A stretch of 64,000 nucleotides of DNA from an uncultured Verrucomicrobiae bacterium (lineage in GTDB: Bacteria; Verrucomicrobiota; Verrucomicrobiia; Chthoniobacterales; Terrimicrobiaceae): assembly GCA_963763735.1 (NCBI GenBank), contig CAVXQK010000012.1, positions 14,803 to 78,802 on the forward strand, given 5' to 3'. This document shows, piece by piece, positions 44,038 through 51,493 of this stretch. The translations under genes were made by a program, and so were the position numbers. The notes under the pieces were generated by a model, which searched no databases, was not told the origin of the DNA, and was given only the letters and a program-made list of their open reading frames with translations. Each line of letters opens with the position of its first letter. Position 1 is the first letter of the stretch.

Positions 44038-44720
44038 GCAAATTCGCGGCGATTTTCGACTGGGACGGTGTAGTGATCGACTCCTCTGCGCAGCATGAAA
44101 AATCCTGGGATCTCCTTGCCGCGGAAACGGGCAAGTCGCTTCCGGCCGGCCACTTCAAGAAGGGCTTCGGAAAAAAGAACCAGGTAATCATTCAGAACAT
44201 TCTCGGTTGGAGTCACGATCGGGAGGAGATTGACAGCCTTGGGGATCGCAAGGAGGAGCTGTACCGCGAATTGATAAGGCAGGGCGGGGTGGCGGTCCTG
44301 CCCGGAGCCAGGGGGTTGCTTGCCGCATTGAGAACTTCCGGAATTCCCCGGGCCGTCGGCTCATCAACACCCCGCGCCAATCTGGACTCCATTTTCGCGT
44401 CAACCGGCTTGGGCGAATTCTTCGACGCCGTCGTCAGCGCGGACGACGTTGTGAACGGCAAGCCCGCGCCGGACGTCTTCCTGAAGGCCGCCTCGCTTCT
44501 CGGCGTTCCAGCGCAACGATGCGTTGTCCTGGAAGACGCCCTGTTCGGCATCGAAGCCGCCCAGCGCGCAGGAATGAAGGTCGTCGCTGTGGCGACGACC
44601 AATCCGCTGGAGCTCCTGCGGCACGCGGACTGGGCGGTCGAGAGCCTCGAGGAGGTCAGCGTGGAAGGCCTGCAGGCATTGATTTTTCCGCCCGTCTCCG
44701 GCGCGCGCGCTGATTCCTGA
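44034..44720 (+). CDS. HAD-superfamily hydrolase (beta-phosphoglucomutase-like)
   Basis: 'AAIFDWDGVVIDS' DxDG motif, 'GKPAPDVF', 'VVLEDALFGIEAA'. Confidence 0.8.
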   Translation: MSKFAAIFDWDGVVIDSSAQHEKSWDLLAAETGKSLPAGHFKKGFGKKNQVIIQNILGWSHDREEIDSLGDRKEELYRELIRQGGVAVLPGARGLLAALRTSGIPRAVGSSTPRANLDSIFASTGLGEFFDAVVSADDVVNGKPAPDVFLKAASLLGVPAQRCVVLEDALFGIEAAQRAGMKVVAVATTNPLELLRHADWAVESLEEVSVEGLQALIFPPVSGARADS

Positions 44721-44771
44721 CAGGTCCGTCGATGAAAACATCGCCCGTGCGATGCGCCCCCGTTTCGGTCC

Positions 44772-45149
44772 CTAGTCCTTGTTTGTTTGGGAACTTTTGA
44801 AAGCGTCTTCGACGCTCTTTGCCGTATCCTTCAAAGCTTCCCCGAAACCCTGAATGGCATTCCTGGCGTCCTGCAAAGCCCTGGCCATTTTAGCGGTTTG
44901 ATAGTCATCGCGCAACGAAGCGAGCTGCCTCTTCAATTCGTCGGCTTTCGGATTGCCTCGCTGCTGGAGCACCGCGATCTGGTTTTCCAATTTCGCGAAG
45001 CCCGCTTCGATTTTCGCCTGCTTCGTCTGGTCAGGGGCTGCCTTGAATTCCGCAAGTTCCTTCCGGATCGAATCGACAGTTCTCTGCGGATTGTCGCAGC
45101 CGGCCAACAGCGCGGCGCCAAAGACGAGAACTGCAAGGGCGCGCTTCAT
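44772..45149 (-). CDS. coiled-coil lipoprotein, hypothetical
   Basis: 'MKRALAVLVFGAALLAGC' signal peptide plus lipobox. ATG at 45149. Confidence 0.6.
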   Translation of the reverse strand: MKRALAVLVFGAALLAGCDNPQRTVDSIRKELAEFKAAPDQTKQAKIEAGFAKLENQIAVLQQRGNPKADELKRQLASLRDDYQTAKMARALQDARNAIQGFGEALKDTAKSVEDAFKSSQTNKD

Positions 45150-45294
45150 AGGGGCCGAAATGCGGTCTCCGCAACCGCCCTTTTCCCGGCCTCCGCACTC
45201 GGCCCGTGGCCCGCACAACGAAGACAAGGTTTCTGAGATCGGTTCCAAATGGAGGTTGAGCACGTTCTTGGCAGCGAACTAGATTCACCTTTCC

Positions 45295-45753
45295 ATGGCA
45301 AACCGAAAACCGCTGCTCGACGAACTGTTCTCCCGAGAGGGCGTGCTCTGCCGGACTCCGGAAGAAACGGTCTGCCTGGGCAAAGAGGTTTCTGCCTTGC
45401 TGGAGCCGGGCATCGTCATCAGCCTCGAGGGACCCCTCGGCGCGGGAAAGACCCAGTTTACGAAAGGCGTTGCCGCGGCCCTCGGATGCGTCGATGAAGC
45501 CTCAAGCCCCAGCTTCACGCTCGCCCACGAGTATTCCGGGGGACGCTTTCCCGTCCATCACTTCGATTTCTATCGACTCGAGCGTGTGGAAGAGCTTGAC
45601 GGAACCGGCTACGAAGACTGCCTTGCCGCGGGTGGCATCGTGGTGGAATGGGGCGATAAGTTTCCCGAGGCGCTGCCCGCCGGGTCCATTCGGTTGTTTT
45701 TTGAAATCCTGCCCGAAGGCGGTCGTCGCATTCGCGGTCTGCGCGCGCCATGA
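45295..45753 (+). CDS. tsaE: tRNA t6A biosynthesis ATPase TsaE
   Basis: 'LEGPLGAGKTQFTKG', 'HFDFYRL'. Confidence 0.9.
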   Translation: MANRKPLLDELFSREGVLCRTPEETVCLGKEVSALLEPGIVISLEGPLGAGKTQFTKGVAAALGCVDEASSPSFTLAHEYSGGRFPVHHFDFYRLERVEELDGTGYEDCLAAGGIVVEWGDKFPEALPAGSIRLFFEILPEGGRRIRGLRAP

Positions 45754-46346
45754 TCCTTGCACTGGACGCTTCAACGACGCGCGGATCGGTGGCTCTGGTC
45801 AGCGACCATGAGCCTCTGCGGGAGATTTTCATTGATTCCCCTCGCGGTCGCGGAGGCGCGCTCTTCTCCGCCCTCGAGAAGATCGTGGGCGAGGCGGCCG
45901 ACATCGAGCGCGTTATCGTCGGAGTGGGGCCCGGAAGCTACAATGGAATCCGCTCGGCCCTTGCGGTGGCATGGGGTATCGCCACGGCGCGCGGCATCCC
46001 GCTCGTGGGCATTTCTTCGCTCCTGGGGCTTGATGAAGGCAGCTATTGCGCCGTAGGCGACGCCCGGCGCGGGCAGTACTACTTTGCCCGGGTCAGCGGC
46101 GGAAGATTCGTCGTGGAGCCGGAACTGTTGCAGAAAGCCCAGCTCGTGGTTTTGCTCAGCCAGACACCCGATATTCCGATCCTCGCGCCCGCGCCTATCG
46201 AGTTTCTTCAGGGCGTCGTGGTACGAACCCCGAGCGCAGCCAGACTGGCTCGTCTCGCGGCAGACTGGCAACCCAATCGGCCGGAACCCCTCTACCTCAA
46301 GGCGCCACATATCACGGGCCCGAAAGGCGGAACGAAATGTTCCTGA
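45750..46346 (+). CDS. tsaB: tRNA t6A biosynthesis protein TsaB (YeaZ)
   Basis: 'MILALDASTTRGSVALV...GVGPGSYNGIRSALAVAWG'. Confidence 0.85.
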   Translation: MILALDASTTRGSVALVSDHEPLREIFIDSPRGRGGALFSALEKIVGEAADIERVIVGVGPGSYNGIRSALAVAWGIATARGIPLVGISSLLGLDEGSYCAVGDARRGQYYFARVSGGRFVVEPELLQKAQLVVLLSQTPDIPILAPAPIEFLQGVVVRTPSAARLARLAADWQPNRPEPLYLKAPHITGPKGGTKCS

Positions 46347-46385
46347 CTGCTGACGATCAGGCGCGCTTCGAGAGAACCGAAGGGC

Positions 46386-46697
46386 TTACTTTCCGATCCC
46401 TGCAAGCTCCGCAGGCGGCGTCAAGGCCTTGGCGAGCGACGCCAGGCCACGGTATTTCTTACCGCTCTTCTTGACCATGCCGCGGGATACAAGATTCTGA
46501 AGTTTTTCGTAAGCGCGAAGGCGAAGCATCTCCTCACCCCCACTTGCCGCATTGCGGGCACGCAGGCGTTCATGGACGACGTCAAAGAGTTGCTTGAACT
46601 CAAACGAAGAGCCTTTCTTCGAGAGAGCGGCAACCAACTCTTCAGTCACCAAATCCGGAAGACGACGAGAGAACGCACTTTTTCTTTGCATAAGCAT
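46386..46697 (-). CDS. small conserved hypothetical protein, paralog A ('GGEEMLRLRAYEKLQNLV' family)
   Basis: 103 aa. Strong similarity to the ORF at 56343-56723. Confidence 0.6.
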   Translation of the reverse strand: MLMQRKSAFSRRLPDLVTEELVAALSKKGSSFEFKQLFDVVHERLRARNAASGGEEMLRLRAYEKLQNLVSRGMVKKSGKKYRGLASLAKALTPPAELAGIGK

Positions 46698-46782
46698 GAG
46701 CGGTCAGCATAACACACATTCGGCGCATTGTCATACGATTTTTCCCGCGACGTGGCCTTCCTGGTTGGGAATTCGCCAAGAC

Positions 46783-47322
46783 TCAGGGTTTCGCGAGCGA
46801 CTTTGCGAAGCGAACCAACTCCTGCGCGAGTTCATCGATTCGACCGGCGACTTTGCGGTCCGAAACGACGCCGTCCCGAAAAGCCGACCCTGTCGCGTAG
46901 ACGAAGCGCGGCACGATGACGCATCGGAAGTCCAGCATCAGGCTGCTTGCCATGCTCATCACCGACATGTAGCTGGTGTCGCCGCCCGCGGCATTGAGGA
47001 ATCCGACAACCTTTCCTTCCCAGGCGCTGCCAGTCAGCTCCACGAGGTTCTTCAAAGCGGCGTTCATATCGAAATTGTACACGGGTGCGGCGACGAGAAT
47101 TCCCGCGACCGCTTCAATACGCGCCCGGGTTCGTTCGACTTCGGGGTCGGAGTAGGCTGTGTCGCCATCGCACATGGGAAGCTTCACCTTCTGGAGATCG
47201 ATAAAGTCGACTTGCGCTCCAAGGGCGTTCAGCGAGTTTGCTGCATATTGGGCCATCTGGCGGCTCAAGCTCTCGGGATTCAAGCTTCCGCTTACCAAGG
47301 CGATGCGAACTGATTCCTGCAT
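46783..47322 (-). CDS. NAD(P)H-dependent FMN reductase family protein
   Basis: 'RIALVSGSLNPESLSRQMA...', flavodoxin-like fold pattern. Confidence 0.75.
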   Translation of the reverse strand: MQESVRIALVSGSLNPESLSRQMAQYAANSLNALGAQVDFIDLQKVKLPMCDGDTAYSDPEVERTRARIEAVAGILVAAPVYNFDMNAALKNLVELTGSAWEGKVVGFLNAAGGDTSYMSVMSMASSLMLDFRCVIVPRFVYATGSAFRDGVVSDRKVAGRIDELAQELVRFAKSLAKP

Positions 47323-47369
47323 TCAAGGATCTTTGCAGATTGCCCGGCGGCCGACTCGGGAAATCTTCT

Positions 47370-47639
47370 TTATTTCGTGCTTTTGACGGTGATCCTCTGA
47401 GGCACGAAAACGGTCCGCTGAGCGGCGGTCTGAGCCGCAGCGACGCTGAGCTGAAACTGCCGTTGATTGAGCTGATTGATGATCTGGCTCATGGTCGCCT
47501 GATTGGAAGCGGCCGTGGTCGCGACAGGTCCTTGCGCTTGAGCGGAAATTGCGGGCGGCGGCGAAATGAACATTGACTGTCCCATGCCCGCCGAGCTCGC
47601 AGCCACTAGCAAACATCCCATAATGAACACTTTCACCAC
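47370..47639 (-). CDS. small secreted hypothetical protein
   Basis: N-terminal hydrophobic signal 'VKVFIMGCLLVAASSAG'. Q/A-rich mature part. Confidence 0.4.
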   Translation of the reverse strand: MVKVFIMGCLLVAASSAGMGQSMFISPPPAISAQAQGPVATTAASNQATMSQIINQLNQRQFQLSVAAAQTAAQRTVFVPQRITVKSTK

Positions 47640-47699
47640 TCAAATTAGCCTCTCGCGGACTCTTCTGCAAACGGTGCGTTGCCGAGCGGTTAGGGGAGA

Positions 47700-49034
47700 C
47701 TACAGCGCGTTGGGAAAGTAGCTGAGCACAAGGGCTGCAAGACCGAGGAACAGAAAGAACCCGACGACGTCTGTGACTGTCGTCAGCATGATTGCCGAAG
47801 CGAGAGCGGGGTCGATCCGAAGCGCCTTCAATCCGAACGGAATCAAGACGCCTGCTATTCCCGCGGTAACCATGTTCAGAACCATTGCGGCGAAAGTGAT
47901 CACGCCCAGGACAAGGTCCTTCTTCCAGAGCCACGAAACTCCCCCGACGACGAGACCTATTGCCAGACCATTGAGCAGACCCACCAGTATTTCCTTCATC
48001 AGGATGGAATGGTGGTGCTTGTCCGGAACGTGCCCCAACGCCATGGAGCGGACGATGATCGTCAGTGTTTGAGTGCCGGCGTTTCCGCCCTGTCCCGCGA
48101 TGATGGGCAGGAAAATGGCCAGCACCGCGTACTTTGCGATCGTTGTTTCGAACAGTGAAACAACCCAACCCGCCAGGAACGCGGTGGCGAGATTGACGTA
48201 GAGCCAAGGCAGGCGATTGCGAACGGAATGGCTCCAGGGGGTCTCCGCCGTTTCCTCGCCGGAGAGTCCAACCATGCGCTGCATGTCCTCGGTAGCCTCC
48301 TCCTCGACGATTTCGAGAACGTCGTCCGCGGTCACCACCCCGCTCAGCCGTTGAAAATCGTCCACCACCGGGATGGCGCTGAATCCATAGGCGCGGAACA
48401 AGCGCGCGATCTCCTCCTGGTCCGCATGCACCGACACAGCCCGAACCTCGGGGACCATGATGTCCCGGATCTTGAGATGGGACGGGCGAAAGAGCAGGTC
48501 GCGCACGCGAAGCACGCCGCGAAGCCTCTTTTCGGAGTCGGTCACATAAATGTAAAAGATGCCGTTGGGGAGCTCCTCCTCTTCACGTCGAAGCCTCTCG
48601 AGAGCCTCGGCGATGCTAAGGTCTTCGGAGACGGAAATAACCTCCGTCTGCATGATGCCCCCCGCCGTGTCCTCCGGGTATTCCAGGAGATCGCTCAACT
48701 GTCTGGCCTCTTCGGCGGGCATCCCGCTCATGATCTCCCGAAGGCGCGCACTCGATACGTGGCCAAGCACGTCCGCGACGTCATCGCTGAACATTTCGCC
48801 GACGATCCCGGAGAGGCTGGAGACTTGCATGGACTCGAAGAGCCGCACCTGCACTTCCTGGGGCAGTTCCGAGATGACTTCCGCGGCCAAAGCATCCGGA
48901 AGCTTGCGCAGGAAATCCCGGACGCGAGCCAGGGGAAGATCGCGCATCTCTTCGGCAATGTCCCTGGGATGGCGGTTTCGAAGGCCCTTGGGTTCGTCCG
49001 AACCTTGCCCGTAAGGAGGCGCCTCACTTGCCAT
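47700..49034 (-). CDS. mgtE: magnesium transporter MgtE
   Basis: MgtE N-domain, CBS pair, 'IAGQGGNAGTQTLT' TM domain. ATG at 49034. Confidence 0.9.
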   Translation of the reverse strand: MASEAPPYGQGSDEPKGLRNRHPRDIAEEMRDLPLARVRDFLRKLPDALAAEVISELPQEVQVRLFESMQVSSLSGIVGEMFSDDVADVLGHVSSARLREIMSGMPAEEARQLSDLLEYPEDTAGGIMQTEVISVSEDLSIAEALERLRREEEELPNGIFYIYVTDSEKRLRGVLRVRDLLFRPSHLKIRDIMVPEVRAVSVHADQEEIARLFRAYGFSAIPVVDDFQRLSGVVTADDVLEIVEEEATEDMQRMVGLSGEETAETPWSHSVRNRLPWLYVNLATAFLAGWVVSLFETTIAKYAVLAIFLPIIAGQGGNAGTQTLTIIVRSMALGHVPDKHHHSILMKEILVGLLNGLAIGLVVGGVSWLWKKDLVLGVITFAAMVLNMVTAGIAGVLIPFGLKALRIDPALASAIMLTTVTDVVGFFLFLGLAALVLSYFPNAL

Positions 49035-49225
49035 GCCGGCAAAATAGAAAAAAGATTCCTCCAGTGACAATGGAATCCACCACGGACACGGCTTTTTGAG
49101 AGGGAGGTGACTCTTGAGAGGGGAAGAAACAGGCCCCGGCCGGCCGCCATCGCGGCAGCAATTGGCTTGATCGCGAAATAATTCCAAGGGTTAGGCTCCG
49201 CGGAGGCAGCTTCCGAAGGAACGTT

Positions 49226-49660
49226 ATGAAAATCCCCCCGTTCTCTTGCCTTCGCATGGCAAGATCTTCCTTGTTACTCGTCTTCTTTGTTTTGGCTGGA
49301 TCCACACGACGGTCGCAAAGGACAAGGTGTTGCGCGTCATCGGCTGGGAGGGTTACGCTTTGGAACGAATTCAAGGCGCAATAGCCGCCGATGCGAAATG
49401 ACTTGGCGCAGGCAATCATAGCTGGCGCGTTGCCGGCGGTTTCGAACTACCCGATGAGGGTCGGGTATTTATCGCGGGCGTGGATGTCTCGGAGGTTCCC
49501 GCGCACCGCCGGGATCCATTCCACCGAATATCTGATCGCCTCTGGTTCGCAGCTTCTGCGCGCTTTGGAACTCCGGCGGCGCAGCGCGATCCCGCTCCGG
49601 GAGGGGCTGGGCTGCTGTCGGGCTACAGCGGGATTGGGAAAACGCGGTGATCTACCGTGA
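49226..49660 (+). pseudogene. fragments of an ABC importer (signal peptide/substrate-binding-protein N-terminus and ABC ATPase pieces) in different frames
   Basis: 'MARSSLLLVFFVLAGS' then, in another frame, 'VAKDKVLRVIGWEGYA'. Further on 'AGFELPDEGRVFIAGVDVSEVPAHRRD' and 'GYSGIGKT' (Walker-A-like). There is no long intact ORF. Confidence 0.35.
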
Positions 49661-49710
49661 CCAGGAGTGAGCGGGACTCGCAGCGAGGGCCGGCCTCTTC
49701 GCAGTGAGAC

Positions 49711-50262
49711 CTATTTTTGCAAGAATCTCGAGGTAAGACGGACCATGTCTGCCAGATCCACGTCGCCATCTCCGTCGGAGTCGAGAAATTGCGCAAGAAT
49801 AGGATTTGTATGGCCGCCGGCTGTCGCGCCCATCGCGGGCGTCGCTGCCGTGCCCGCAGGCGCGGCGGTTGTCCGCCCGGACTGCAACAGGCCGATCACG
49901 GCCGGAAGCACAATAGGCAGGAGACGAAAAATGGCGTTCGCATCGAGGCCGGTCTTTTGCTGGGCACCTCCGACCATTTGATCCATGCGACCGGCTCCCA
50001 AGACCTGCCGGAGCTGATCGGGCGAATTGGCACTCTGCTTGATGTTTTGCAGGAAGTTTTCAACGCCCTGCGTTCCACCGGCGGCATGCTGCTCTTGAAG
50101 CGCGGGCTTCAGAAACCCGCCGATGAGACCGGCGATTTGATCGGCATTCGCAGACGAGGCGCCGCCGCCGCCGAAGGCGGAGGCCAGGTTCACGAGATCG
50201 TTCTCTTGGGTTGCGCGGGACGGGTCGTTCAGGGAGGCAAGGACGGTATCAAAAAGGCTCAT
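49711..50262 (-). CDS. DUF937-like protein with C-terminal EF-hand-like 'DSDGDGDVDLADM'
   Basis: 'MSLFDTVLASL...' N-terminus. Gly/Ala-rich middle. Acidic calcium-binding-like loop. Confidence 0.5.
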   Translation of the reverse strand: MSLFDTVLASLNDPSRATQENDLVNLASAFGGGGASSANADQIAGLIGGFLKPALQEQHAAGGTQGVENFLQNIKQSANSPDQLRQVLGAGRMDQMVGGAQQKTGLDANAIFRLLPIVLPAVIGLLQSGRTTAAPAGTAATPAMGATAGGHTNPILAQFLDSDGDGDVDLADMVRLTSRFLQK

Positions 50263-50298
50263 AGTCTGTAAGTTGGCTGAAGGATTTTGCCGAGGATT

Positions 50299-50610
50299 TC
50301 AATAATAATAACGGTAACCGCTGCGATAATGATACCGATGGCCGGGCCGGTAATAGTAGCGCCTTCCCCCGTAGTAATAGGCTGGCCGTCCCCGATAAAT
50401 GTAGACAGGATAATTCCGGTAATAGTAGCCGGCGGGGGTGCCGTAGAAGCCGATGTTCAACGAGGGTCCGGGGACGGGCGGCGGGCCAACCACGACTTCG
50501 CTTCCGGGGTATGGGTAGACGCACCCCGTCAACGCAAGAAGATCCCCGACGCAAAAGCCCATTAGCAAGGTTGCGACCAACCAGGATTTATCCAGCCTGA
50601 GGGGATTCAC
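50299..50610 (-). CDS. Tyr/Arg/Gly-rich small lipoprotein
   Basis: Lipobox 'LALTGC'. The mature part (about 73 aa) contains 21 Tyr ('GYYYRNYPVYIYRGRPAYYYGGRRYYYRPGHRYHYRSGYRYYY'). Confidence 0.55.
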   Translation of the reverse strand: MNPLRLDKSWLVATLLMGFCVGDLLALTGCVYPYPGSEVVVGPPPVPGPSLNIGFYGTPAGYYYRNYPVYIYRGRPAYYYGGRRYYYRPGHRYHYRSGYRYYY

Positions 50611-50744
50611 GGCGCAGTAAATTACGCCCGGGGCGCCGCACTTGTCAAATCGGCCCTCACTTTACAAGAGCCGCCCGGTTGACAAATAATCAAACGATCT
50701 CCTGGAAAGTGGCCGGTCGCCTGGGCATATATTCAGGCCAGCCA

Positions 50745-51488
50745 ATGACCATTCTTGCGGACACCTTCGTCGACATCGCCACCTGGCGCGGACCAATGCG
50801 GGTGCATCTGTTCATCCCCCAGGGGAGTGGACGCCATCCCGGAGTCATCTTCTATTCTGAAATTTTCCAGGTTACCGGGCCGATTCGGCGGATGGCTTCC
50901 GCCCTGAGCGGCCACGGATATCTCGTCGCGGTTCCGGAGGTATATCATGAGTTTGAGCCGGCCGGCACCGTGCTGGCCTACGACCAGGCGGGTTCCGATC
51001 GGGGAAATGAGCTCAAATACACCAAGGAGCTGGCTTCCTATGATGAGGATACCGACGTTATCGTGAATTTTCTCCGTGGACATGAGAGATGCACAGGCCG
51101 GGTCGGAAGCTACGGGGTTTGTCTTGGCGGGCATCTTGCGGTGAGGGCAGGTTTTCATCCGGATGTCAGCGCCGTGGCCGCCTTTTATCCCACGGATATC
51201 CACTGCGGTTCGCTGGGCGCTGGCAGAAAAGACGACACGCTGGAGAGGCTTGGAGGAATCCAAAAACCTTTGCTCTTCGTCTGGGGAAGACAGGACCCGC
51301 ACGTGCCGCTCGAGGGCCGGCTCAAGATTGCGCAGCGGCTCAATGAAACCGGGGTGGACTTTGAATGGCATGAGTTCGATGCCGCCCACGCGTTTCTGCG
51401 CGACGAAGGGCCGCGCTACAATCCGGCGCTGGCACATGTTTGCATGACTCTTCTTCTGCGCTTCTTCAGCGAGAAGCTGGCGAGCTGA
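50745..51488 (+). CDS. dienelactone hydrolase family protein
   Basis: 'HPGVIFYSEIFQVTGPIRRMA', nucleophile 'GVCLGGHLA', 'AAHAF'. Confidence 0.8.
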   Translation: MTILADTFVDIATWRGPMRVHLFIPQGSGRHPGVIFYSEIFQVTGPIRRMASALSGHGYLVAVPEVYHEFEPAGTVLAYDQAGSDRGNELKYTKELASYDEDTDVIVNFLRGHERCTGRVGSYGVCLGGHLAVRAGFHPDVSAVAAFYPTDIHCGSLGAGRKDDTLERLGGIQKPLLFVWGRQDPHVPLEGRLKIAQRLNETGVDFEWHEFDAAHAFLRDEGPRYNPALAHVCMTLLLRFFSEKLAS

Positions 51489-51493
51489 GAAAA

